From: a virus
Direction: 5' to 3' (one strand)
Length of the DNA stretch: 64,000 nucleotides
IMG/VR virus record: IMGVR_UViG_3300046660_000367
Location: 1 to 64,000 of that record
Part shown: one piece after another, positions 53,699 to 63,803 of the stretch
Layout: the number at the start of each line of letters is the position of its first letter
Position numbering within the stretch: the first letter of the stretch is position 1
The notes under the pieces: model-generated
Seen by the model: the letters and a program-made list of their open reading frames with translations, nothing else
The model's database searches: none
Told to the model about the DNA's origin: nothing
Made by a program: the position numbers and the translations under genes

Positions 53699-54546
53699 CG
53701 TTCACCCAATTCGCCAGCCTGTACGGCCTGATCCTGCCCGACCTGTACCCCAGCGAGCGGGTGCGCCGCTGCCCGACCGAACAGCATCCGCGTACCAAGG
53801 ACGGCGCCTATTTTTGGGACGGCCGCCGTGGCTGGGTGTCGGACTGGTCGAATGGCGCCGAAATCCACTGGTACGACAACCCGGACGCCAAGGGCTTCAC
53901 CGACGCTGACAAGAAGGCCTGGGCCGAGCGCAAGCGCGCGCAGGAGCGCCGCCAGGCCGAGGTGCACCGTCAGGCCGAGCGCACCGCCGCCGCCATGCTG
54001 GCCGCCTGCAAGCCGGACGAACACATGTATTTGCGTAGCAAGCAGCTGCCTGACGTGCGCGGCCTGGTCAATGACGAGCGCGAGCTGATCGTGCCGATGC
54101 GCACGCTGGAGTCGAACCAGCTGGTTGGCGCCCAGGTCATCAAGTGGCTGATGGACGAGCGCGAGTGGCAGAAAAAGATGATCTACGGGACCCGCGCCAA
54201 GGGCGCCGTGTTCCGGCTGGGGAACCCGCGCGCACCCGAAACCTGGCTGGTCGAGGGCTACGCCACCGGCCTGACCTTGGCCATGGCGATCCGCCAGCTG
54301 AACCAGCAGGCGCAGGTGCTGATCTGTTTTTCGGCCAGCAACCTGACCCATGTGGCGGCGCAGGTGAAGGGCCGCAAGTTCGCCTTCGCCGACCACGACA
54401 AGAGCGGCACTGGCCAGCGCGCCGCCGAACAGGCGCAACTGGCGTACTGCATGAGTCCGGTCGAGGGCGAGGATGCCAACGACCTGTACGTGCGCGCCGG
54501 CCTGATGGCGGTGAGCAAACTGATGATGGAGGCGCGCACGCGCTGA
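53695..54546 (+). CDS. TOPRIM-domain primase
   Basis: LIVPM, LVEGYATG, FADHD..G.G, GEDAND. Confidence 0.9.
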   Translation: MTFTQFASLYGLILPDLYPSERVRRCPTEQHPRTKDGAYFWDGRRGWVSDWSNGAEIHWYDNPDAKGFTDADKKAWAERKRAQERRQAEVHRQAERTAAAMLAACKPDEHMYLRSKQLPDVRGLVNDERELIVPMRTLESNQLVGAQVIKWLMDEREWQKKMIYGTRAKGAVFRLGNPRAPETWLVEGYATGLTLAMAIRQLNQQAQVLICFSASNLTHVAAQVKGRKFAFADHDKSGTGQRAAEQAQLAYCMSPVEGEDANDLYVRAGLMAVSKLMMEARTR

Positions 54547-54863
54547 CGGGACCACAGGTGGCGCGGACGACACCTTAAAAAACGTGCATGGGCTTGCATC
54601 GGCCCCCACCGCGCAAAGACTGGCCCTGCTTAACCTTGCAGGCGTGCCAACGCAGCGTAGCTGAAGCGACTGCAAGCAAGGCGGCGGGGGCAAATGGTGA
54701 GACAACCCGGTGCCGAGTGAATTCAGCCTCCAGGAGGGCGTGGTGTCCGGCTGTATGGACATGGCGCGGGATGAGAGCCTGCCACCACGGCACCCCTCTC
54801 ACCTTTGGAGGGCCGTGGGCCACTGGTTTTCGATTTTCAACCACAACGACAGAATGGGCAATC

Positions 54864-55532
54864 ATGAAAACAGAAATCATCGCCATCCAGGACCGCAGCG
54901 GCTCGATGGCGCCGCTGCACCGTGACGTGGTTGGCGGCTACAACAGCTTCCTGGCCGAGCAGCGCGCCGTGCCGGGTGAGGCGCGCATCACCTGCGTGCA
55001 GTTCAACGACGAGGTGCGCACCCTGTACCAGGCGGTGCCGCTGGACTGTCTCAAGGACATGAGCGTCGCCGACTATCTCCCGACGGGCGGCACGGCGCTG
55101 CTTGACGCGATCGGCACCACGCTGGAAGCACAGGGCAAGCGCATCGCCGACGAGGGCTGGGCCGAGCTGGTGATTGTGCACATCAACACCGACGGCGAGG
55201 AAAACGTCAGCCGCAAGTACACGCTCGATCAGATCAAAACCATGATCTCGCAGAAGCAGGAGAAGGGCGGCTGGAAGTTCCTGTTCCAGGCGGCCAACCA
55301 GGACGCTTTCGCCGCCGGCAGCAAGTACGGCATCAGCGCGGCGACCACCAGCAACTTCACCGCCAGCGCGGCCGGGCTGCGCGAGGCCTACGGCTCGACC
55401 AGCATGTCGGTCACCAACTTGCGCACGGCGAGCGCGCAGCCGCCGGCCGATGCGATCGCCAGCGTGCCGCTGCCGCAGTCGCAGCCGTCCGGCGTGCTGC
55501 CTGACGCGATTGCCGGCCTGCAGCAGCCGTAA
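54864..55532 (+). CDS. von Willebrand factor A domain protein
   Basis: MIDAS motif DRSGSM, GGTALLDAIG, TDGEENVS. Confidence 0.92.
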   Translation: MKTEIIAIQDRSGSMAPLHRDVVGGYNSFLAEQRAVPGEARITCVQFNDEVRTLYQAVPLDCLKDMSVADYLPTGGTALLDAIGTTLEAQGKRIADEGWAELVIVHINTDGEENVSRKYTLDQIKTMISQKQEKGGWKFLFQAANQDAFAAGSKYGISAATTSNFTASAAGLREAYGSTSMSVTNLRTASAQPPADAIASVPLPQSQPSGVLPDAIAGLQQP

Positions 55533-55828
55533 TGGCCCGCCCGCACGCTGTCAGCCGTCGCCCGAAGATTTGGGTGACGAAGGAATTCGCGTGCGACTTC
55601 CGCTATGTCGTGTGGTTTTACGACATGACGGAGGCCGAGGCCGAGGAATGGCGCGAGCTGGTGCGCGTCAGCCCCGGCCCGATGATGGACTACATCGCCA
55701 CGCTGGCGATGGCACTGCGCAATGGCTACACCCAAACCGCCAAGAACAACTACGTGCGCCTCAATACGTGGCTGCTGGATACCTGGCGCCAACCGATCAC
55801 CAAGTACAGCGAAGGAGAACAGCCTTGA
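55532..55828 (+). CDS. Hypothetical protein
   Basis: TAATG coupling to the vWA gene. Confidence 0.65.
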   Translation: MARPHAVSRRPKIWVTKEFACDFRYVVWFYDMTEAEAEEWRELVRVSPGPMMDYIATLAMALRNGYTQTAKNNYVRLNTWLLDTWRQPITKYSEGEQP

Positions 55829-56211
55829 AACTGCCGCCGAAGACCTCGCGCGCCATGGCCATCGTGCAGGCGCTGCGCCAGTGCGGGCCGGTGACCTTGA
55901 GGGAGGGGATCGAGCTGCACGGCTCGTTCAACAACAAGATGACGCTGGCCCGCATGGGCGATCTGTACGAGGAACTGGTGTCGGTCGGCTGCCTGGAACG
56001 GGTCGGGACGCGCTACTGCGTCACCGAGGCGGTGCTGTCCCACTACGACCCGCGCCCGAAGGTGGCCGCGCCGCTGGTGCCGCCGCGCGAGGTGAACCGT
56101 TTCACGCCGCCGCTGGATCGCCGCTACTTCCTGTCCGCGCGCGGCACCCGCGAGGGCAGCAACGATCTGCGCGACGTGCCGAGTAAGTACGCCGAGCTGG
56201 AAAAAGAGTAG
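55825..56211 (+). CDS. Hypothetical wHTH-like protein
   Basis: AAGGAG RBS with TTG start; R.GS.D....PS tail. Confidence 0.6.
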   Translation: MKLPPKTSRAMAIVQALRQCGPVTLREGIELHGSFNNKMTLARMGDLYEELVSVGCLERVGTRYCVTEAVLSHYDPRPKVAAPLVPPREVNRFTPPLDRRYFLSARGTREGSNDLRDVPSKYAELEKE

Positions 56212-56238
56212 GTCCGAGTCACTTCAACGGGAGAAAGC

Positions 56239-56706
56239 ATGTTCGGATGGCTGAAAAAATGGGGACCGGCGGCACGCAATGCGCGCGACGAGCGGGAAAT
56301 CGAGGCAGCGATCGAGCGCACGGCGGCGATGGCGGCGGCGATCAACGCGCGCCGCGCCCGCGAGAAGGCGGCCCAGGACGCGGCGCGCGCCGCGGTGACG
56401 GCCCGCTGGGAGGCGGCACGTGCACAGCAAAATGAGCGCACGGCATTCGAGCGCAATGTGATACGCGACATGCAACGCGAGCGGGAGGCCAAGCTGGCGC
56501 CGCGACCGCCTGCGCAACCGAAGCGTGACAGCGAATCGACCCCGGCACCGGACACCATGCCGCTCGATATGGGCACGCCGGTGTATCTGGTGCCGATCCA
56601 CCATCTGCCTTCGACCAGCGACTGGTGCGCCTCGTCCGGCAGCGATGCGTCCAGCTCGGACAGCGGTAGCAGTGACAGCGGCGGCAGCTGCGGGGGTGGC
56701 GATTGA
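56239..56706 (+). CDS. Hypothetical protein with Ser/Gly-rich tail
   Basis: GGAG RBS; ends SSSDSGSSDSGGSCGGGD. Confidence 0.65.
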   Translation: MFGWLKKWGPAARNARDEREIEAAIERTAAMAAAINARRAREKAAQDAARAAVTARWEAARAQQNERTAFERNVIRDMQREREAKLAPRPPAQPKRDSESTPAPDTMPLDMGTPVYLVPIHHLPSTSDWCASSGSDASSSDSGSSDSGGSCGGGD

Positions 56707-57065
56707 AGCGCCCCGGTTCCCTGCCCAAGCGCCCGAAGTACGGCAACAAGAAGGTCGAGATCGACGGCCAGCACTTCGATTCGCAGGCCGAGGCGGCGCG
56801 CTGGATCGAGCTGAACCGCCTGCAGCAGCGCGGCAAGATCACCGACCTGCGCCGCCAGGTGACATTCGAGCTGGTGCCGTCGGTGCGCTTCTTTGGTTCA
56901 ACGCGGGCCACGCCGGCACTGCGCTACGTCGCCGACTTCAGCTACACGCTGGCGGCCACCGGCAAGCCGGTCATCGAGGACACCAAGGGCGTACTCACGC
57001 GCGTCTACAAGATTAAGAGGCACCTGATGAAGGCGCTGTTCAACATCGACATTCTGGAAACTTAG
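56703..57065 (+). CDS. DUF1064-family PD-(D/E)xK endonuclease
   Basis: KYGNKK...FDS..EA.R...YVADFSY...IEDTKG. Confidence 0.9.
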   Translation: MKRPGSLPKRPKYGNKKVEIDGQHFDSQAEAARWIELNRLQQRGKITDLRRQVTFELVPSVRFFGSTRATPALRYVADFSYTLAATGKPVIEDTKGVLTRVYKIKRHLMKALFNIDILET

Positions 57066-57076
57066 GAGCTGACGGC

Positions 57077-57613
57077 ATGGCACAACTGGCACAGCGTTAC
57101 GTGCGCGCGGTCGGGTCGGGCAATCTGCGCTCCGACGAACTCCACTTCGACACCGATGTGCTGGCGGCGATGGCGCTGTCGTCCACCTATGGCGGGTTGC
57201 TGTTCCGCGCGAAGTATTTCAACGACCCGGCCAGCTACCGGCGCCTGCTCAACCAGTGGACGTGGATTGTGTCCACCAAGGCGGAGCGGCGCGGCTGGCC
57301 GGTGCATATCCCGGTTGACAAGGTGGCCCGTATCTCCTTGCGTATATGGGCCAATGACGTGTGCCCGGCGTGCACAGGGCGCAAGATGGTGACGATTTTC
57401 AACACACCCAGTCTGTCGGATAAGGCTTGCCCGTTGTGCAATGGCACCGGCAAGACCGAGCTGCGCTGTGACCAAAGTTTGCGTGATTACGTGCTGGACA
57501 TGATCGAGGAATTGACCGCCGACGAGCGCAAGGCCGGGGCGCGCGGCGCCAGGAAACTTGGCAAACAGAACAGCGACATCAGCGATTTCATGCCGGCGCA
57601 AAAAAATGCTTGA
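57077..57613 (+). CDS. Q-like late antiterminator
   Basis: CPACTG and CPLCNGTG Zn finger; last delayed-early gene before a promoter/terminator gap. Confidence 0.7.
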   Translation: MAQLAQRYVRAVGSGNLRSDELHFDTDVLAAMALSSTYGGLLFRAKYFNDPASYRRLLNQWTWIVSTKAERRGWPVHIPVDKVARISLRIWANDVCPACTGRKMVTIFNTPSLSDKACPLCNGTGKTELRCDQSLRDYVLDMIEELTADERKAGARGARKLGKQNSDISDFMPAQKNA

Positions 57614-57810
57614 GTTTACGGCAAGGCACCTTTATGCTTGGCGCACTGCTGAGTTGATCGGGTTGTACTGCCCACTTTGGACCCCTTTGCTTGGCATAAT
57701 TCGGGCAAAACCCGTCTTTTTTTACGGGTGGCGCAAGCAGCCGGTTGGTAAAGGACGGCGACCCTTGATGCCCTTGTTCGCCCGTACCACAGCATTTCCC
57801 TTTTCGCAAC

Positions 57811-57842
57811 AAGCCCGCTCCCTCACCAGGCGCGGGCTTTTT
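57811..57842 (+). terminator. Late-leader (tR'-like) terminator
   Basis: AAGCCCGC-N13-GCGGGCTTTTT about 200 nt after the Q-like gene. Confidence 0.75.
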
Positions 57843-57925
57843 GCATTGGTTTACAGCTTTCGGGGCGCAAGACGCAAGACCACACCCCTATACCCGCCCG
57901 ATCGGGCCTCTATAGGAGCATCACC

Positions 57926-58171
57926 ATGACGATTTCATCCGTGCGCGCCAAGATGGTTTGCAACAGCACGTCGCAGCCGACCCCCAGCGGCGCGGTCACG
58001 CGGGTTGACCTGGGCTGCGTCTACTCGAACGACAAGAGCGAGAACGCCGACTTCACCCGCTACACCCCATGGGGCAGCTGCCAGATGGGGATCGACGCCG
58101 AAGCGGCTGCCGCGATGTTCTTCGAGCCGGGCAAAAAGTATTACGTGACCTTCACCGAAGCGCCCGACTAA
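57926..58171 (+). CDS. Conserved small phage protein
   Basis: AGGAG RBS; VRAKM.C...EN..F...TP.G...F.PGK.YYV.F. Confidence 0.8.
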   Translation: MTISSVRAKMVCNSTSQPTPSGAVTRVDLGCVYSNDKSENADFTRYTPWGSCQMGIDAEAAAAMFFEPGKKYYVTFTEAPD

Positions 58172-58181
58172 GCACGCTTGA

Positions 58182-58233
58182 TTAGCTGATCTGGCCTTAT
58201 TAGCTGCACAGCTAATCAGGCCGTTTCAGCTAA
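58182..58233. repeat. 52-bp near-perfect palindrome with four TTAGCTG half-sites
   Basis: TTAGCTGA..GGCCT.ATTAGCTG-CA-CAGCTAAT.AGGCC..TCAGCTAA symmetric about 58207/58208. Confidence 0.85.
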
Positions 58234-58254
58234 ACCAACCCGCAGGAGGTTGCC

Positions 58255-58410
58255 ATGCCGACCGTGACCGCGCCGTCAAAAGAGGCTGTCCGACTATACC
58301 TGCAGGAGCGCGCCAACGCGCCCACGCCACCGGGCACGCCTGCGGAAATTCGCCGCCAGCTCGGCTGGTGGCTGCTCCCGCACAACAATCTCCCGCCAGG
58401 CTCACGCTGA
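58255..58410 (+). CDS. Small protein (51 aa, PSKE.VR...EIRRQLGW family), absent from the ORF track
   Basis: AGGAGG RBS; MPTVTAPSKEAVRLYLQER...PAEIRRQLGWWL. Confidence 0.7.
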   Translation: MPTVTAPSKEAVRLYLQERANAPTPPGTPAEIRRQLGWWLLPHNNLPPGSR

Positions 58411-58437
58411 GACTGACGCCGACGTTCGCCTAGTTTA

Positions 58438-58462
58438 GCCCGCCTTGCGCGGGTTTTTTTTT
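58438..58462 (+). terminator. Rho-independent terminator
   Basis: GCCCGC-cttgc-GCGGGT followed by a T-run. Confidence 0.8.
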
Positions 58463-58473
58463 GGAGTTCCGCC

Positions 58474-58893
58474 ATGGCTCTCGATACCCAATTGTCTAAC
58501 GCTGCCGTCAACGCCGAAGGCGACGCCATGGCGACGCTGCTCAACAACGGCTATCTGCGCCTCTATAGCGGCAGCAAGCCGGCCACCGCCGACACGGCGC
58601 TGTCGGGCAACACGCTGCTGGCCGAACTGCGCTTTGGCGCCACCGCGTTCGGCGCGACCGCTGCCGGCGTGATGACCGCCAACGCCATCACCGCCGACTC
58701 GTCGGCCGACAATTCCGGCACGGCGACCTGGTTTCGCGCGCTGAAGTCGGACGGCACCACCGCCATCCTGGATGGCACGGTGGGCACCTCCGGCGCCAAC
58801 CTGAATATCGCCACCACCACCATCACGGCGGCGCAAACGGTGTCCTGCTCGGCGTTTACGCACACGCTCAACAAAGCCACTTCGGGCCTGTAA
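58474..58893 (+). CDS. Virion structural protein (Ig-like/decoration)
   Basis: LRLYSGSKPATAD...GTATWFR...DGTVG; Ala/Thr-rich beta protein. Confidence 0.7.
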   Translation: MALDTQLSNAAVNAEGDAMATLLNNGYLRLYSGSKPATADTALSGNTLLAELRFGATAFGATAAGVMTANAITADSSADNSGTATWFRALKSDGTTAILDGTVGTSGANLNIATTTITAAQTVSCSAFTHTLNKATSGL

Positions 58894-58923
58894 GCGGGCG
58901 CGGGCAGACGGTAGGGGCGCGGC

Positions 58924-61632
58924 ATGGCGACTTTCTACATGGACCTGGTGGGCGGTAACGATTCCAACAACGGCACCTCGTTTGCGAATCGCTGGAAGTC
59001 CTTTGCCTCCGGCGCGACCGCCGCGCGCACCGCGCCGGGTGACACGATCCGCGTCATGTCCTCCCCCGATCCCACGCTGGTAGGCAACGCCACCTGGACT
59101 CAAAACAGCAAGACCATCACGCTGGCGTCTGCCGTCACCCTGAACATCACCGATTGCGAGACTGCCTGGACGGCCAGCGCGAACGTCACCAGCACCGCCG
59201 ACACCGCGCAGTTCAAGGAGAACACCAGGTCGGCCAAGCATGTGATCGCGGGAGCGTTCACCACCGGCTTGTGCGCCTATCTCGCCCCGCTCAACATATC
59301 CGGTGTGTCGATCAGCAACCGCGCGTCCAACATCGTCGGCGCAGCCTCACTGACCTTGGCCGTGAATGCCAACGCGGACGAAGGTCTGCAAACCATCACA
59401 TTGCCGTTCAGCGTGCTATACAACGGAGTTTATTACAGCACGGTAACGGTATCGTCAAATAGCTGGATGGCATTCGGCAGCACCTCGACCAACGCATATT
59501 CCGGCCTGTCAGCGTCAAACCCGCCGCTGCCGACCATCCTGATCGGCGCCAGCGACGGAAGCTGGCAGCGCGTGTATTACGGCACCGAGGGCAGTACCTT
59601 CCGTATCCGGGTCGAAGGCACGAATGCTACTTCCGGCACTGTAGGATCACCGACGTGGGTGTGGGAGATCACCTTTGACTCGACTGCCCCAGGCACCATC
59701 AAGATCGATATGGCGAGCAACAGCTACCGTGCCACGCCGGTATCGGGCCTGTCGGATGGGCTTGGCAACTACATCGCCACCTTTGCCAGTGGAGTGTCGA
59801 ACACCGGCTACACACTAACTCAAACAGCCACGCCCCTGACCTTAGACTTGTCGGGCTACCAGCAGGTCAGTTTTTGGGTGTACGCCAACGCCGCCATCAC
59901 CGCCAACACCTTGTCGCTGCGCCTGTGCACCGACACCGCTGGCGCGACCTCAGTCCACACGATCCCTATCCCGTCGAACAACCAGGCTTCGCTGTGGTGG
60001 CCGGTAACGGTGGACCTGGGTACGAACATGAATTCCGCCATCAAGTCGGTCGCGCTGTACCAGGACGTGGATATCGCGGCAGTCACGGTGCAGATCGATA
60101 ACATCATCGCCTGCAAGGCGGTCAGCAGCGCCAATTCGCTCTCGCTGACCTCGCTGATCGGCAAGGTGTGGAACTTGAACTGGGCGGCATCAACCACCTA
60201 TGCCGCCAACGATATTCGTAAGCCGACACCACAGAACCGCAATGGCTTTCGCTACAAGGTGACAGCAGGCGGCGGCGGTAATTCTGGCAGCACAGAACCG
60301 ACTTGGCCGCTGGAGATCGGCGCGACCATCACTGATGGCGCGCTGACCTGGGCCTGCGACGATCTGGAGGACACTTGGTACGGCATCCAGTCGATCAACG
60401 GCACCACTGTCAAACTCGATAATGGCCCGCAGACGCTGGGTAACGCGGGGCGTGGCTATGCAGGCACTACTGAGACGGTGGCCACCTACAAGCGCGAAAC
60501 CATCAAGCAGGCGATGGTTGGTACGTTTACCGCATTTAATGTTGTACAAGAGGCCGGCACGGTAGGTAGCCCGATCACCTACAGCGGTGGCTGGAACAGT
60601 ACGGACATGGCCACGCAGACCGGGGAAACCTGGATCGATGGACAGCATGGCAGCTACAACTACGGCTACCACCTGAACAACGTCTCGTACCTCACGTTCG
60701 ACAACCTGAACACCGTGCGCTGTTATCAAGCCCTGGTGGGGTTGTCCACCATGGCCGGCCTACTCATTAAGAACTGCCACACCAACAACAACCTCGACAC
60801 CGCGATATCGTTTGGTAACAACGGCCTCAACGCGCCATCCTCTGTAATTGGCTGCGTGGCCGACAACAATGGCTATGCAGGGCTTAGCCTCGCCAATCCC
60901 ATGGTGGGGGTCCGCCGCGCGTCCATGAACAGTAACAACCAATATGGCGTGATAGTTACTGGCGGAACTAATCAAAACCCCTTCCAGGACATCGCTGCCA
61001 AAAATAACAGCCAGGTCGGCTTTATGCTATCGGGGGCAGCCTTTCCGATAAAAGTGGCGCGGCTGGTAACTGCATCGAACGCCAGTGCAGGGGTGTCTAT
61101 CGGTGCGGGGGTAATTCTGCTCAACAGCTCCATTACCGACACCACCAAGTTCAGTGGATTTAACGTTGGCAGCAATCTCAGCGTGTATTCGCAAAAAGAC
61201 GGCGGGGTGGCCGATACGCACGTTATCACGACGTATGGCGGTACGATCATTTCCACCACCGACCAGCGCCATACTGTACCGGGGATTGCCTGGAAATTCC
61301 GCCCCACCGACACCTACCGGATTGCATCCTACCCGCTCGCCTTGTCGGTGGCCAAGATCGCCTGCGCGGCGAACGCGGCTGTTTCCGTGTCGATCTGGAC
61401 CCGCCGTGACAACACCAACATCAAGGGCCAGTTGATCCTGCGCGGCGGGCAGATCGCCGGTGTCCCCAGCGACATCGCCGTGAGCTGCACACCGTCCATC
61501 AACACCTGGACCCAATCTGGCAACCTCACCTTCACGCCGACCGAGGCGGGCGTGGTGGAGCTTTTCTTTGAGGTGTGGGACGGCGTGGGCACCAGCAATG
61601 CGTTCTGGGTCGATGACGAGTTGATCAGCTAA
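58924..61632 (+). CDS. Tail spike/fibre protein with carbohydrate-binding modules and a parallel beta-helix
   Basis: FYMD..GGNDSNNG.S....WK...PGDTI; Asn-rich NN..G beta-helix repeats; mosaic GC content. Confidence 0.7.
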   Translation: MATFYMDLVGGNDSNNGTSFANRWKSFASGATAARTAPGDTIRVMSSPDPTLVGNATWTQNSKTITLASAVTLNITDCETAWTASANVTSTADTAQFKENTRSAKHVIAGAFTTGLCAYLAPLNISGVSISNRASNIVGAASLTLAVNANADEGLQTITLPFSVLYNGVYYSTVTVSSNSWMAFGSTSTNAYSGLSASNPPLPTILIGASDGSWQRVYYGTEGSTFRIRVEGTNATSGTVGSPTWVWEITFDSTAPGTIKIDMASNSYRATPVSGLSDGLGNYIATFASGVSNTGYTLTQTATPLTLDLSGYQQVSFWVYANAAITANTLSLRLCTDTAGATSVHTIPIPSNNQASLWWPVTVDLGTNMNSAIKSVALYQDVDIAAVTVQIDNIIACKAVSSANSLSLTSLIGKVWNLNWAASTTYAANDIRKPTPQNRNGFRYKVTAGGGGNSGSTEPTWPLEIGATITDGALTWACDDLEDTWYGIQSINGTTVKLDNGPQTLGNAGRGYAGTTETVATYKRETIKQAMVGTFTAFNVVQEAGTVGSPITYSGGWNSTDMATQTGETWIDGQHGSYNYGYHLNNVSYLTFDNLNTVRCYQALVGLSTMAGLLIKNCHTNNNLDTAISFGNNGLNAPSSVIGCVADNNGYAGLSLANPMVGVRRASMNSNNQYGVIVTGGTNQNPFQDIAAKNNSQVGFMLSGAAFPIKVARLVTASNASAGVSIGAGVILLNSSITDTTKFSGFNVGSNLSVYSQKDGGVADTHVITTYGGTIISTTDQRHTVPGIAWKFRPTDTYRIASYPLALSVAKIACAANAAVSVSIWTRRDNTNIKGQLILRGGQIAGVPSDIAVSCTPSINTWTQSGNLTFTPTEAGVVELFFEVWDGVGTSNAFWVDDELIS

Positions 61633-61643
61633 GGAGGGCGGCC

Positions 61644-63803
61644 ATGGCGAACCCTCCCGATCCATCCAACGTTAAACTGCTGTGTCACTTCAACGGCAGC
61701 GACGGCCAGACAACGACTACCGATTCGTCGCTGAATGCACGTACCTTAACTGCAAACTCCACCTACGGCGGCGTGCTATCGACTGCACAAAGCAAATTCG
61801 GAGGCGCATCACTCGCATTAGGCGGGGTTAATGGGTCAGCCGTGCCGTATTCGGGCTTTTTTGCGGCCGACAGCGATGATTTTGCTTTTGGTGCCGGTCA
61901 ATTCACGATTGAATCGTGGGCCTACTTTGCCGCAGCCCCCGGTGGCTCCGTACTTTCCATCATGCAGCAATGGGGGAGCGCGCCTAATCTAGGCTTCTTC
62001 TTCGGCATGGTCAGCGGAGCTTTGGCGTTCTACTACTCCACTACGGGGTCAGACAACCCGAACGTCGGCGCGGCGTGGACCCCAACACTGAATACGTGGT
62101 ATCACATCGCCGTTGACCGCGATGCCTCTAACGTGCTTCGCGTCTACGTGGATGGCGCGGTACTGGCCAGCGCGACCGTAGCGTCAACGTTATTTAATAG
62201 TAACCTTGCCGTGGTTGCTGGCGGGCTTTCCTCATCTTGGCCCGGCATCAATGGCTATGTCGATGATCTGCGCGTGGTCAAGGGGGAGGCGGTCTACGGT
62301 GGCGCGTTCACCCGGCCTGCCGCCGCGCTGCCGGACCCGGTGTTGACCATGGCACAGCGCATCGCCGGTATGGACTGGGCTTTTGCTGGCCAGCCGTTCG
62401 TGCAGGTTGCCAAATCCGGCATCGACACCAGCACCCTGGACGTGGCGCAGGACGGCCAGCCCTTCTCGGCCTCCTATGTACTGGCCAGCAGCGGCTCGGC
62501 CGCCAGCGGCAGCACCCGCCAGGCGCAAACCGTGACGGCCACCGGATCAACCGGCGTGAATGCCACGGTGGCCACCAGCCAGGGGCAGCGCGCCACTGCC
62601 ACGGCGGCACTGGCTGCCAACGCCACGGCTGCCACAGCCCAGGCGCAGACTGTTGGTGCCACGGCCACGCTGGGCGCGGACACGACCGCCAGCACCGGCC
62701 AGGCCCAGTCTGTGGCCGGGGCACTGGCCAGTAGCGAAGGGGCGACACAAGCGTTCACCGCACAGGCGCAGAGCGTGGCAGCGCTGGGCGAGGTGCGCAG
62801 CGACATGACAGCGGCCACCAGCCAGGCGCAATCCGTCGCCGCGGTTGCGGCAGTGGGCGTGGGCGCCACGGCCAGCACGGCCCAAGCGCAGAGCATCACA
62901 GCGACAGCGGTTGTCGCTGCGGCTGTGAGCGTGGCAACAAGACAAGGCCAGAGCGCAAGCGCAACCGGCCAGATCGCGGTGGACGCGGTGATCACCACCA
63001 GCCAGGCACAGTCCACGACCGCCAGCACCGCGCAAGAATTAGTCTGCAGCGTGGCCACCGGCCAGGCGCAGGGCAGTATCGCTGCTGCCAGCGTGGCCGT
63101 GGCGGCATTGGCCGGCACCGCGCAGGCCGGACAGGCAGCGCAGGCGCAGGGCCAGGTTAGTACCGATGCGCTGGCGGCGACCGCACAAGGCCAGTCGGCC
63201 AGCGCTGCCGCCGCGTTGTCAGCTTCGGCCAGCGTGGCGACTGCGCAGGCGCAGCGCGTGGCGGCCACCGGCCAGAGCGGCAGCGACAGCCAGAGCAGCA
63301 GCAGCCAGGCCCAAAGCAGCAGGGGCGATTTACTCGCCATCAGCGACGGGCAGGGCGTACAGACCTATCAGGCAGGTCAGACGGTGCAGGCCAGCGGCGA
63401 GCTGTCGGTGGCGTTCGCGGTCGAGACGCAGCAGGGGCAAGTAACCATTGCCAGCCTCGGCGTGGCCATGGACAGCAGCGCGACCACGGCGCAGGCGCAA
63501 GGCACGCATGGCGTGATTGTCGCGGGCGTGGACGGCATCGCCAGCACCGGCCAGGCCGGGCAGTCGGTCCATGGCAGCATCATCGAGTTTGTGCAGCAAG
63601 TGGGCGCCATCGCGGTGGGCCAGATCAGTGTGCGCCAGGCGGTCAGCGGGCAATTCGGGATGGCGCTGGCGGTGCAAGTCCATAGTTGCCTCCGACAGCG
63701 CCAGGCAGTCAACGGGCGGGTCGGGATGACGGCATCGGTGCAAGCCCATAGCCGCATCCGGCCAGTCCTGGCTGCTTACACCAATTTGAGGCCCGCACAA
63801 TGA
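61644..63803 (+). CDS. Fibre protein: LamG/ConA lectin domain plus ~18 x 20-aa TxQAQ repeats
   Basis: LLCHFNG, FTIESW, WYHIAV, GYVDDLRVVKG; repeats at ~62512-63570. Confidence 0.8.
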   Translation: MANPPDPSNVKLLCHFNGSDGQTTTTDSSLNARTLTANSTYGGVLSTAQSKFGGASLALGGVNGSAVPYSGFFAADSDDFAFGAGQFTIESWAYFAAAPGGSVLSIMQQWGSAPNLGFFFGMVSGALAFYYSTTGSDNPNVGAAWTPTLNTWYHIAVDRDASNVLRVYVDGAVLASATVASTLFNSNLAVVAGGLSSSWPGINGYVDDLRVVKGEAVYGGAFTRPAAALPDPVLTMAQRIAGMDWAFAGQPFVQVAKSGIDTSTLDVAQDGQPFSASYVLASSGSAASGSTRQAQTVTATGSTGVNATVATSQGQRATATAALAANATAATAQAQTVGATATLGADTTASTGQAQSVAGALASSEGATQAFTAQAQSVAALGEVRSDMTAATSQAQSVAAVAAVGVGATASTAQAQSITATAVVAAAVSVATRQGQSASATGQIAVDAVITTSQAQSTTASTAQELVCSVATGQAQGSIAAASVAVAALAGTAQAGQAAQAQGQVSTDALAATAQGQSASAAAALSASASVATAQAQRVAATGQSGSDSQSSSSQAQSSRGDLLAISDGQGVQTYQAGQTVQASGELSVAFAVETQQGQVTIASLGVAMDSSATTAQAQGTHGVIVAGVDGIASTGQAGQSVHGSIIEFVQQVGAIAVGQISVRQAVSGQFGMALAVQVHSCLRQRQAVNGRVGMTASVQAHSRIRPVLAAYTNLRPAQ

